A program made the translations under genes and the position numbers. The notes under the pieces are model-generated. The model saw only the letters and a program-made list of their open reading frames with translations, was not told the DNA's origin and did not search any database. 64,000 nt of DNA from Anaerolineae bacterium (lineage in GTDB: Bacteria > Chloroflexota > Anaerolineae > Epilineales > Epilineaceae): positions 114-64,113 of the forward strand of contig JAJCYU010000008.1 in assembly GCA_029262755.1 (NCBI GenBank), written 5' to 3'. Each line of letters opens with the position of its first letter. Within the stretch, counting starts at the first letter, position 1. This document shows, one piece after another, positions 49,199 through 58,294 of the stretch.

Positions 49199-51568
49199 AT
49201 GAATACCCGTATTCCTGGTCCCCGTTTCAACCAAGTTCCCCCTCCATCCGCTAGCCTGAGCACGCGATCCCTGCGATCGTCACAGCTCGCCCGCCATGTC
49301 GCGCGCCTCTTCGCGCCCCGCCGGGCGCGCGGCCCGATCGCCGTCGTCGCGCTTGGGGCCGGCTTCGCGCTCGCCCTTGTACTTGGTGGGGCTTGGGCCG
49401 GGCCATCGGGGCCCTGGGGGCCCGGTGCGCTCGATGCGCATGGTGGCTTGGACGTTGACGTCGTGGTGGATTTCGGCGACGGGCGCGTCGAGGTGGCGCA
49501 CCTGGATGCGATCTCCGGGACGACGGCGCTCGACGCGCTGTACGCCACCGGGCTCGAGGTCGTGACGCACCACGCCGGCTTCGGGTTGGCCGTGTGCAGC
49601 GTGGGCGGTGTCGGCTGTCCGGCGGACGATTGTTTCTGCGCCTGTCAGGGAGAGGACTGCCGTTTCTGGGGCTTCCAGCACGGCGACGGGGCGGGGGGCT
49701 GGACGAGCGCGGCCGAAGGGGCGGGAGACTTCCTCCTTCCCGAGGCGGGGTCGGTGCAGGGCTTCGTATGGGGTCGGCCCGCGCCCATGGCGTGGACGCC
49801 CGAGCGCTTGGGTGCGATGAACGCGTGGACGTGGCTGCGCGGACAGATCCAACCGGACGGCGGACTCTTCGACCCTGGGCTCACCTTGGACGGCCTGCTG
49901 GCCGCGCGGGCGGTGCAGGCGGATCCTGCCGGCTGGCGCGCGGGCGACGGCGGGCCGAGCGCCGTGGATAACGTGCGCGCCGCGGCAGGCAGCTACCCCG
50001 CAATCGGTGCGGCGCAGGCGGGCAAGTACCTGGCCGGGTTGGCGGCGTTGGATCAAGGCCGGGTCACGCCGGAGGAACTCGCGAGCGCCAGGGCGCAGAC
50101 GCTCAGGACCGTCGACCTTGGGTCCGGGCGTTTTGGCGCGTCTGTTTGGGACCAGTCCTGGGCGATGATCGGCCTCGCAGCCTCGGACTTGCCCATCGGC
50201 GTGACGTGGATCGCGGCCTTGGAAGCGGAGGCGGCGGCCAGCGGTGGCTGGGGCGATCTGCCGGGCGCCGAAAGCGCGAGCCCGGACGCGACCGGCCTGG
50301 CACTGGCGGCGCTCGGCGCGGCCGGGGCGTCGGAGAGCCCCGCCGTAGCGCCGGCCTTGGCGTGGCTGACTGCGACGCGCCACGCGAACGGCGGCTGGGG
50401 CGGCGACGGGTCGGGCGATACGCCGGCCGGCAACGTGAACTCGTCCGCGTTGGTGGTCACCGGCCTGCTGGCCGTGGGCGAGGATCCGCGCGCAACACCG
50501 TGGACGGTCGATGGCGTGGGGCCGCTTACCTACCTGGCCTCGACACAGGAAGCCGAGGGCTTTCTTCTCCATACCCCCGATGCCAGCGAGCTGCTGGCCA
50601 CGCTGCAGGCAATCCCGGCGATGTCGGGACGCAGTCCCTTGCTGCGCGGCGCGGCGGTTTCGAGCGCACGCGCGGTGCAGGCGGCCCTGGACGAGCGGCA
50701 GATGAGCGGCGCCTTCGCGGCCGGTTTCATCGAGGGTGGTCCGGCGGCGACGATCGATGCGCTGCTTGCGCTGCATGCGGCCGGCGTGGATCCGGAAGAA
50801 GCGTTGGAGCAAGGTGCGCTCAGCGTGACCGCGTGGCTGATCGCCGAAGGTCCCGCCTACGCGCTGTCGGGCGCCGAGGGCGCAGGCCGGGTCGCGGCGG
50901 CGGCGGTGGCGTTGGGTCTCGACCCCGCGAACGTGGGCGGCGCTGACATCGCGGCGACCTTGGCCGGGCATCTCGACGCCGTGACCGGCCTCTTCGGGGA
51001 CGGCGCAACCGCGTCCCAAGCGTGGGCAATGATCGGCTGGTCGGCGTTGGGGCGCGACGTGCCGGACACCGTCATCGATGCGCTAATGGCGTTGGCCGGC
51101 GACGGCGGCTGGAGCATCGGCGCCGGCGCGCCCGTGGCGGACGCCGACAGTACGGCGCTCGCGCTTGAGGCGCTCGTCGCGGCGGGGCTGTCGGCCGATG
51201 ACGTGCGGGTGCGCGGCGTGGTTGCGGCACTCGGCGGCTTCCAGGATGCGAGCGGTGGCTTCCGCGGCCTCTTCGGCATCGCCAGCGCAGACACGACGGC
51301 GCGCGCGATCGTCGCGCTATCGGCGGCGGGCCAGCACGTCGACGCTCCGGGCTGGGCGCGCAGCCGCGATGGCCTGCGCTGGACGACGCCGCGCGAGGCG
51401 CTGACGGCGATGCAGTTGCCGAACGGACACTTCCCCGGCCTCGGCGACCAGCCGGATCCGAGCGCGACTTACGTGGCCCTGCGCGGCCTGGTCACGCGCG
51501 CGGAGTACGTGGCGCCGGAGGCCTCCGGTGGTCGCGTGTACCTGCCGTTGCTGGTGCGCCCGCGATGA
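49199..51568 (+). CDS. exported protein: Cys-rich DUF4430-like beta-grasp domain + two prenyltransferase-like alpha/alpha barrels (putative cobalamin-binding surface protein)
   Basis: GGAGG SD; hydrophobic signal; VVVDFGDG...TALDAL...VCSVGGVGC...FWG; repeats Q.DGG, DATGLAL.AL, Q.ASGGF; ends RVYLPLLVRPR. Confidence 0.78.
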   Translation: MNTRIPGPRFNQVPPPSASLSTRSLRSSQLARHVARLFAPRRARGPIAVVALGAGFALALVLGGAWAGPSGPWGPGALDAHGGLDVDVVVDFGDGRVEVAHLDAISGTTALDALYATGLEVVTHHAGFGLAVCSVGGVGCPADDCFCACQGEDCRFWGFQHGDGAGGWTSAAEGAGDFLLPEAGSVQGFVWGRPAPMAWTPERLGAMNAWTWLRGQIQPDGGLFDPGLTLDGLLAARAVQADPAGWRAGDGGPSAVDNVRAAAGSYPAIGAAQAGKYLAGLAALDQGRVTPEELASARAQTLRTVDLGSGRFGASVWDQSWAMIGLAASDLPIGVTWIAALEAEAAASGGWGDLPGAESASPDATGLALAALGAAGASESPAVAPALAWLTATRHANGGWGGDGSGDTPAGNVNSSALVVTGLLAVGEDPRATPWTVDGVGPLTYLASTQEAEGFLLHTPDASELLATLQAIPAMSGRSPLLRGAAVSSARAVQAALDERQMSGAFAAGFIEGGPAATIDALLALHAAGVDPEEALEQGALSVTAWLIAEGPAYALSGAEGAGRVAAAAVALGLDPANVGGADIAATLAGHLDAVTGLFGDGATASQAWAMIGWSALGRDVPDTVIDALMALAGDGGWSIGAGAPVADADSTALALEALVAAGLSADDVRVRGVVAALGGFQDASGGFRGLFGIASADTTARAIVALSAAGQHVDAPGWARSRDGLRWTTPREALTAMQLPNGHFPGLGDQPDPSATYVALRGLVTRAEYVAPEASGGRVYLPLLVRPR

Positions 51569-53250
51569 GGCGGCGCTTCGGAGCGGTGGTCAAGGCAGTA
51601 GCAGGGGCGGGGCGAGCGAGCGGGGTTGCGCGTTGGCGGCGCATGTCGCGCTCGGAGCGGGCGCTGCGATCCGGTCGGCCGCGTCCCTCGCGCCCGCGAC
51701 CCTCGCGCCCGCGACCCTCGCGCCCGCGACCCTCGCGACCCTCGCGACCCTCGCGTCGCTCGCGATCGGTAGCGTCCGCCGCGCTTTCGACCCTCGTCGT
51801 CGGTCTAGCGGTGTTTGCTACGTTCGCAGCGGGCAGTAGCGGAGGCGGTGGCAGTGGCGGCGGAATTCGCGCTGAATTTGGAGGCGGTGGCAGTGGCAGT
51901 GGCAGCGACGGCGGTCGTGACGGTGGTCGCGACATCGGCCGCGACTCAGTGGCGGGGCGCATCCGTGCACTGTGGGCGGTGTCCGGCGTGGCGGCGCAGG
52001 AGGCGCCGGCGTTGGCCGGTCTCGTCGTCGCGATGCCGGATGGGTCGACGTTGGAGGCCTGCGTGGCCTTGGATGCGGACGAGATCAGCGGCGAGGAGTT
52101 GCTTGCGCGGGCTGGTGTGGTCGTCGGCGCGCGACGGACGCCGTTGGGGGCCATGGTCTGCGCGCTGGACGGACAAGGCTGCGATCATCCGGTGGAGCCT
52201 TGCTGGTGCGAGTGTCGCAGCCTGGGCGAAGACTGCCGTTATTGGGCATACCACGTGCGCGAGGAAAGCGGCTGGCGCTACGCGCCGCTCGGCCCGAGCG
52301 CCCGCCGGGTCGGCCACGGTGACGTGGATGGCTGGGCATGGGGCGCCGGCACCATCGCAAGCGGCGCCCAGCCGCCCGAGCGAACGTTTGCTGAGCTATG
52401 CGCGGCCGGTGCGACGGGCTCAGCGCCGGGTGGTGCAGCGCGTGGCGCACCAGGCGGTGCGACGGCAGGTGCGAGCGGATCGAACGCGCAGGCAACGCAG
52501 GCGGCGGTCGCTTCGCAGTCAGCGCGGGCGACGGCGGCAGCGCGGTCGGGCGGCGCCGCGACGCGGCCGGCGGAACCGGGGGGCGGTCGCGATGGGCAAA
52601 CTGGACGTGCTGGAGATGGGAGAAGGGAGGATGGTCGGAGCGGAGAAGGCCCGACGGAGGTAGGCGGTGCGGGTTCCTCGAATGGAACGGTGGTCGCAGA
52701 TTCGAGCCTGAGCGCGGGGTCCGGCGACGGAATGAGCGCTGGGACGCGGGACGCAACGGGTGCGGGCGCCCCCGGGGGCTCCGGGGGCTCCGATGGCGGC
52801 GGGGGACCCGACGCGGGAGCGAGCGACGGGGTGGATCTGGATGGCGCGGACGCGCAAGGGCCGCCGGCGATGGGCGCCGGTGCGTCGAGCGGCCGTACGA
52901 TCGCGACGCCGGGTGGTGGCGCGGGATCGGCGGGCGGGCGCACGGGTGATGCAGATCGCGCCGGCGACGGAGGTGCGGCGCCGGGGGCCGGCGCGTCTCG
53001 CGGCGGCGGTCGCGGGGACGGCGTGGCGGACGGTGGGATAGGCACCGCGGGTGGCGATCTTGAGCGCGGTGACTCTGACGGTGACGATCGCAATGGTGAC
53101 GATCGCGACGGTAACGATCGCATTGGTGACGATCGAGACAGCGGCGGCTTCCTTAGCGTGGGAGCCGCGGCGCGATCCGATGCGCTCTTTGGGGTGCTGG
53201 TCGCCGGGCTGCTGATCGCCGGGCTTGTTTGGTTGCGGCGGACGGTTTGA
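51565..53250 (+). CDS. membrane-anchored protein with Cys-rich DUF4430-like domain and long Gly/Ala stalk
   Basis: ATGA overlap; AGLVV..PDG....CV, GEELL, VCALDGQGC...YWAY...GDVDGWAWG; C-terminal TM plus RR. Confidence 0.72.
   Translation: MRRRFGAVVKAVAGAGRASGVARWRRMSRSERALRSGRPRPSRPRPSRPRPSRPRPSRPSRPSRRSRSVASAALSTLVVGLAVFATFAAGSSGGGGSGGGIRAEFGGGGSGSGSDGGRDGGRDIGRDSVAGRIRALWAVSGVAAQEAPALAGLVVAMPDGSTLEACVALDADEISGEELLARAGVVVGARRTPLGAMVCALDGQGCDHPVEPCWCECRSLGEDCRYWAYHVREESGWRYAPLGPSARRVGHGDVDGWAWGAGTIASGAQPPERTFAELCAAGATGSAPGGAARGAPGGATAGASGSNAQATQAAVASQSARATAAARSGGAATRPAEPGGGRDGQTGRAGDGRREDGRSGEGPTEVGGAGSSNGTVVADSSLSAGSGDGMSAGTRDATGAGAPGGSGGSDGGGGPDAGASDGVDLDGADAQGPPAMGAGASSGRTIATPGGGAGSAGGRTGDADRAGDGGAAPGAGASRGGGRGDGVADGGIGTAGGDLERGDSDGDDRNGDDRDGNDRIGDDRDSGGFLSVGAAARSDALFGVLVAGLLIAGLVWLRRTV
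51685..51755. repeat. 15-bp and 9-bp in-frame tandem repeats (PSRPR)
   Basis: ccctcgcgcccgcga x3 then ccctcgcga x2-3. Confidence 0.8.
53080..53139. repeat. 15-bp in-frame tandem repeat (GDDRx)
   Basis: ggtRacgatcg-nnnn x4. Confidence 0.7.
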
Positions 53251-56200
53251 GGGCAGGGGGCGCGGGCGCAGCGGAGGGATCGATCGCGCCGAGGCGAGCG
53301 GTGGCGCGATCGTCAGGCGGCTGGGGTGCAGGTCTGCCGCTGGTGGGCGTTTCTGTGGTCGCGGCAGCGGCCATCGCGTGGCCGTTCTGGGTGCCGCTGG
53401 CGGCGGGGGCGGCGGAGCGCTTGGCGGGCGAGGGCGGCTCGGCCCTCGGGCCCTACCTGGACGGCGCCGGCGCCGCCGCGACGGCGTCTTGGGCGGGGCC
53501 GTTGCTCCTCGTCCTGTGCGCGCTGGTGCTCGTGCGGGAGGCGGCGGTAGGCATGGGGCCCAAGGCGGTGGCCTTGCTTGGGGCGCTCGCCGCGCTGATG
53601 GCGGCTTTGCGCGTGGTCGAGACGATCGTGCCCGGGCCGGGCGGCTTTTCGCCGGTCTTCGCGTTGATGGTGTTGGCCGGCTACGGCCTCGGCGCGCGCT
53701 TCGGCTTCCTTGCCGGCGTGCTCGGCATGACCGTCTCGGCACTGGCGACGGGCGGCGTCGGGCCGTGGCTGCCCTATCAGGCCATCGCGGCCGGTTGGGT
53801 CGGCGGCACGTCGGGGCTGTTGCCGGGCGCGGGGGGCGAAGGTAGAAGACGCGACGTCTCACGGCGCCGGCTTCTTTGGCTCGCAGCCTTCGCCGCTGCC
53901 TGGGGCTTCGGCTATGGGCTGGTGCTGTCGCTCTGGGGCTGGACGTGGCTGGAGGGTGGCGCGGCGGCCGGGCCCGAGGGCGCGTTGGGCTGGGTCGCAT
54001 CACGTGCGGCGATGGCCCGCTTCGGCCTCTTCTACCTCGGCCTTTCGCTGGGCTGGGACGCATTCCGCGCGGTCGGTAACGCGGCGTTGGTCTTGGCCGT
54101 CGGCGGCCCCGTCCTCGCAGCGCTATGGCGCATGAAGCGCTGGCTCTCGGTCGGCGTGGTGGAGGGCGATGGGGTCGACGGGAGCGACGTGGTCGACGAG
54201 AGCGACGTGGTCGACGAGGGCGATGTGGTTATCGAGAGCGACGTGGTCGACGAGAGCGACGTGGTTGTCGAGAGCGACGTGGTCGTCGCAAGCAACGCGG
54301 TCGACGGGAACCGCGCGGTCGACGGGAACCGCGTGGTCGACGGGAACCGCGTGGTCGGTGCGAGATACAACGAACCGAACGCGAGTAGCGCGGTCTCCGC
54401 TCTTTCCGGCCCGGCGCCCGCGGTCGTGTGGGTCGCGTGGGTGGTTGCGGTGGCGGTGGTGGCTTCGGTGACGCGCAATCCGTGGATCTTGGCGTTGGCG
54501 TGGCTCGTGGTCGAGGTCGTGCGGGCGGCGGTGGCGCGTGGGGCTGCGGCGCCGTTTTCGGTGGCGCGGATGGCGCCGTGGATGATCGGGCTCGCGGCGG
54601 TGTACAACCTCGTCTTGTCGCGCTCCGGGGAGACCGTATTGCTGCGGGTGCCCGCGGCGTGGCCGGTGGTCGGGGGCGCGTGGACGGGTGAGGCGTTGGT
54701 CTACGGGGCATCGACGGGATTGGCGCTGGTCGTGTTGGTGGCGGCGTTTGTCACGTTGCAGGTGGCGGTCTCGCCGCGGGATCTCGTTGCCTTGGCGCCG
54801 CGGGCCTTTGCGGGGCCTGCGATCGTGACCGCCGTTGCGCTCAGCTGGTTGCCTGCGCTGCACACCCGTTGGAACGAGGCGGCCGAGGCGCGCGCGCTAC
54901 GCGGTTTCGGGGAGCGAGGACCGCGGGCGTGGCTGGCCCTGCTCGGGCCGGTGATCGTGGGCTCGTTGGAGCAGGCGACGGAGCTGGCTGAGTCCATGGC
55001 GGCTCGTGGTTTGGTGGATGCGCGTGCACCGTCCTTGGCCCGTCGATGGGCGGCCGGCGTTGGTCTGGCGATCGTCGCCGTCGGGTTGCTCGGGCCATGG
55101 GCCGAGAGCCTGGTACGGTGGGCGATGATCGGTGTGGGAATCGCGTTGCTGGCAGCGGGGCTGCGCGGCGGTGCGGGAGCCGGGCCCCGTCCCACCCGAC
55201 TGCGCGGCGGCCGGTGGCGCAAGCGCGACGTGGTGGTGCTTGCGGCCGTGCTTGGTGCGCTGCTGCTCGTGCTGTTGGTGCCCTCGGTGGCCATCGCGAC
55301 GCGGTGGCAGCCCTACCCCCGACTCTCGTGGCCGCCTGCGCCCGCGCTTGCGGTCCTCGCGGTCACGCTACTGGTCGCGCCGGCGGTGGGGGCGCGGTTG
55401 CGGGTGAGAGGGCCGATAGGGCGAGAGACGGGCCGCCGTCCGCGTGGGGCTCGGCGCAAAGCGGAGGGGGAGGGGACGAGGGCGAGCGATGGGCGATACG
55501 CGGAGTCGGCGGGAGGCACAGATAGACGGTCGCGGCTGCAGTCGGAGCGGCTGCTGGCGAAGCGGGTGCAGGCGGAGGGGGTGCAGGCGGCGCGGGTGTC
55601 GCGCGGGTCCGGCGGGGTTGCGACGAGCGTCGAGAGGGCGCTTGGCGATAGGTCGCTTGGCGATAGGTCGGGCGGAGATTGGGAGAGCGCAGAGAAGGCG
55701 AGCGTCGAGACGAAGAGCGTCGAGAGGGCGAGCAGTTACAAGACGAGCGTCGCCAAGCCGAACGTTGGGCTCGGGCCCGAGATCCGGTGGTCTGACGTCC
55801 GCGTACGCTATCCGGCGGACAGTGCGGACAGTGCGGACGGTGCGGACGGTGCGGACGGTGCGGACGGTGCGGACGGTGCGGACGGTGCGGACGGTGCGGA
55901 CGGTGCGGACGGTGTCGGCGGTGTCGGCGGTGCGGATGCCGCGTGGGGGAGCGCCGTCTTGGACGGGGTTGACGCTCGTGCCCTCGCAGGGGCGTGGACC
56001 TGGGTGGCGGGGTCGAGTGGGGCGGGCAAGTCGACGCTGTTGCGGACGGTGAACGGGTTGGTGCCGCACTTTACGGGTGGGCGGATCGAAGGCGCCGTGC
56101 GGGTTGGGGCGCACGATCCGATACGCACGGGGCCGGCGGGCATGAGCCGTGTCGTCGGCTTCGTCGCGGGCGATCCGGAGGCGCGTTCGATCGCGACGCA

Positions 56201-57467
56201 CGTGGCGGATGAGGTGGCCTTTGCCATGGAGCGGCAGGGGTGGCCGCGGGCGCGGATGGAGCGTGAGGTCCGCGCGGCGTTGCATCGCGTGGGGCTGGTG
56301 GGCTTCGAGGCCAGGCGGCTCGCTACGCTCTCGGGCGGGGAACGGCAGCGGGTGGCCGTCGCCGCGGCTATGGCGGCCGGGGCGGAGGTGCTCGTGCTCG
56401 ACGAGCCGACATCGCAGCTGGACGACGAAGCGGCCGCAATCGTGTTGGACGCCGTGCAGCGTCAGGCCGAGGCGGGCGTCACGGTGCTCGTGGCCGGGCA
56501 CCGGGCGGCACGGCTTGCGCCCCGGGCGACACGGGCGCTGAGGCTCGCGCGCGGGCGGGCGGAGATCGTGGATCCGTTGGCGCTCGCAGCGCGAATGGAG
56601 GTGGAAGAGCGAGAGCTGCTGGATGCCGTGCGCGGGGCGCGTGGTCGGGCTTCCGTGAAGACCGTAGATCGCGAGGCCGTGGAAGATGCGGTCGACGGGC
56701 TATGGGGGCGTGACGCGGACAGGTCGTCGCTTCCGCAGGCCGCGGCCCGCGGCGCCGGTGCGTCGTCGCCCGCCGAGGTAGCGGATCGTGATGCGGTCGT
56801 GCTGCTGCGGGACGTGACCTTTGCCTGGCCGGCCGCGGATGGAGAGGCAGAGCGCCTCGTGTTGGATGGGGTGAACCTTCACGTGCGGCCGGGGGAAGTC
56901 GTGGCGTTGGCGGGGGCGAGCGGAGCGGGAAAGACGACGTTGCTGCGCATCGTGCTTGGGCTGCTCGCTCCACGGTCCGGCGACGTGCTCGTTCAAGGCC
57001 GGCCCGTGACGGGAGGCGCCGCGGGCGTGATCGGACGGATCGTCGGCTACGTGCCGCAGCATGCGGCGACGATGATGTTGACCAGCAGCGTTCGCGAAGA
57101 GCTGCGCCTTACGCGCCGCGGCCATGGCCTTCCCGAGGCCGAAGACCGCGGGGCGATCGACGCGTTGCTCGAGCGGCTGAGGCTGGGTGAGCTAGCCGAG
57201 CGCGACCCCCGTGACCTGAGCACGGGGCAGCGGCAGCGGGTGGCCGTAGCGGCTAGCGCCGCGGGCCGGCCGGCGGCGCTGCTATTGGACGAGCCGACGC
57301 GCGGGCTCGACACGGCGGCGCTTGCCGCGGTTCTACGGGAGCTGCACGACGTGGCCGCGGAGGGAACGGCAGTGCTCGTCGCGAGCCATGACCGCCGCGT
57401 CCAGCAGGCGGCGCATCGGATCGTGACGCTGCGCAAGGTCGGCGACGATCTTGGGCTGGTGCGCTGA
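53247..57467 (+). CDS. fused ECF transporter: CbrT-like S component + T component + two ABC ATPases
   Basis: S: GARFGFLAG...GGVGPWLPYQ...WDAFRAVGN. T: ARALRG, LAESMAARG. A1: GSSGAGKS/LSGGERQR/LDEPT. A2: GASGAGKT/LSTGQRQR/LDEPT/SHD. No internal stop; TTG 53247 overlaps previous TGA. Confidence 0.85.
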   Translation: MRAGGAGAAEGSIAPRRAVARSSGGWGAGLPLVGVSVVAAAAIAWPFWVPLAAGAAERLAGEGGSALGPYLDGAGAAATASWAGPLLLVLCALVLVREAAVGMGPKAVALLGALAALMAALRVVETIVPGPGGFSPVFALMVLAGYGLGARFGFLAGVLGMTVSALATGGVGPWLPYQAIAAGWVGGTSGLLPGAGGEGRRRDVSRRRLLWLAAFAAAWGFGYGLVLSLWGWTWLEGGAAAGPEGALGWVASRAAMARFGLFYLGLSLGWDAFRAVGNAALVLAVGGPVLAALWRMKRWLSVGVVEGDGVDGSDVVDESDVVDEGDVVIESDVVDESDVVVESDVVVASNAVDGNRAVDGNRVVDGNRVVGARYNEPNASSAVSALSGPAPAVVWVAWVVAVAVVASVTRNPWILALAWLVVEVVRAAVARGAAAPFSVARMAPWMIGLAAVYNLVLSRSGETVLLRVPAAWPVVGGAWTGEALVYGASTGLALVVLVAAFVTLQVAVSPRDLVALAPRAFAGPAIVTAVALSWLPALHTRWNEAAEARALRGFGERGPRAWLALLGPVIVGSLEQATELAESMAARGLVDARAPSLARRWAAGVGLAIVAVGLLGPWAESLVRWAMIGVGIALLAAGLRGGAGAGPRPTRLRGGRWRKRDVVVLAAVLGALLLVLLVPSVAIATRWQPYPRLSWPPAPALAVLAVTLLVAPAVGARLRVRGPIGRETGRRPRGARRKAEGEGTRASDGRYAESAGGTDRRSRLQSERLLAKRVQAEGVQAARVSRGSGGVATSVERALGDRSLGDRSGGDWESAEKASVETKSVERASSYKTSVAKPNVGLGPEIRWSDVRVRYPADSADSADGADGADGADGADGADGADGADGADGVGGVGGADAAWGSAVLDGVDARALAGAWTWVAGSSGAGKSTLLRTVNGLVPHFTGGRIEGAVRVGAHDPIRTGPAGMSRVVGFVAGDPEARSIATHVADEVAFAMERQGWPRARMEREVRAALHRVGLVGFEARRLATLSGGERQRVAVAAAMAAGAEVLVLDEPTSQLDDEAAAIVLDAVQRQAEAGVTVLVAGHRAARLAPRATRALRLARGRAEIVDPLALAARMEVEERELLDAVRGARGRASVKTVDREAVEDAVDGLWGRDADRSSLPQAAARGAGASSPAEVADRDAVVLLRDVTFAWPAADGEAERLVLDGVNLHVRPGEVVALAGASGAGKTTLLRIVLGLLAPRSGDVLVQGRPVTGGAAGVIGRIVGYVPQHAATMMLTSSVREELRLTRRGHGLPEAEDRGAIDALLERLRLGELAERDPRDLSTGQRQRVAVAASAAGRPAALLLDEPTRGLDTAALAAVLRELHDVAAEGTAVLVASHDRRVQQAAHRIVTLRKVGDDLGLVR
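54165..54360. repeat. 18-bp degenerate in-frame tandem repeat (SDVVDE / NRVVDG)
   Basis: About 11 units of agcgacgtggtcgacgag-like sequence between the S and T domains. Confidence 0.8.
55815..55913. repeat. 9-bp in-frame tandem repeat x11 (ADS/ADG)
   Basis: gcggacRgt x11 inside the first ABC domain. Confidence 0.9.
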
Positions 57468-57724
57468 TCACGCGGATTCGTGCGAGTCGCGAGGTGCGTG
57501 GGAAGCGCGACAAGAGGGCGCGCGGGGGCGCGATCGTGCGCGCATGCCGCATTTTCCGAGGCGCACCAGGTAAACAGAACCCGGTGCTTTACCAAGTTCG
57601 GCGGCGTGTTTCCGCGATGAAGCGCTTGCTTGCGACCGTGCCGCTACCGCCAAGTAACCGGTCTGATACGTTCTGTTAACCTCGGAGACGGTATTTTCGC
57701 GCCGCCGCCTCTTATAATGCCTCT

Positions 57725-57852
57725 CGCATCTTGTCCTCACGGCGGGGGCGCCGCCTTCACGGCGCGCCTTCGTCGTTTAAGGCGAAAGTATCGACCCATC
57801 CCGGCGAATGACCCGCTCCTCAACGGGTCGACCGCCGGGATGGGTCTTTTTT
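57725..57852 (+). ncRNA. candidate structured small RNA or leader RNA
   Basis: TATAAT at 57713-57718, two short hairpins, then a long hairpin and T6; no convincing ORF. Confidence 0.4.
57793..57852 (+). terminator. intrinsic terminator-like long hairpin
   Basis: gacccatcccggcg / cgccgggatgggtc 14-bp stem with inner gacccg/cgggtc stem, followed by TTTTTT. Confidence 0.7.
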
Positions 57853-58294
57853 CGGCGCAAAACGCGCCGTAGCGAGCTGAGCTCGGCGTGAAATCCCGCT
57901 CGCCGGCGGCCTTGGATCACCCGTGTTTCGGAGACCCGTGGCCATCGTCACGCGGCGCGAATAGGCGGGTCACAGCGCGTAAGAAGCACGTCTCGATACG
58001 CGTCTATATATTATACCGCGATGGCGTGCTTGCCCTCGACGGGTGATCTCGGCTCGGCGTCCACTCCCATCTCGAGACACACCTCCCCGCATTACCCCCT
58101 CGTCGTTTCTTTCCTCACCCTCACCCTCATTCCCACCCTCCATCCGATCGAGCCTGTGCTCCGGTTCCCGTGTTCACGCGGAAGCCGGGTTGCGGCGTTC
58201 GGTCCCCAGCGCGGTGTTCGCGCACCCCATGCCATGTCGCATCGCCCGAGAGGTCTCGGGCGCAAACCGTAGGAGCAAGACCTTCTTCACCACG

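Noticed and set aside
49199..51568. Squalene-hopene cyclase or prenyltransferase enzyme
   Set aside because: Exported, no DxDD motif, and located in a B12 transport operon.
54165..55913. CRISPR array
   Set aside because: Repeats are head-to-tail without unique spacers and are in-frame coding; no cas genes.
57480..58040. c-di-AMP (ydaO) or c-di-GMP riboswitch upstream of the lytic transglycosylase
   Set aside because: Consensus elements of these families could not be found by eye.
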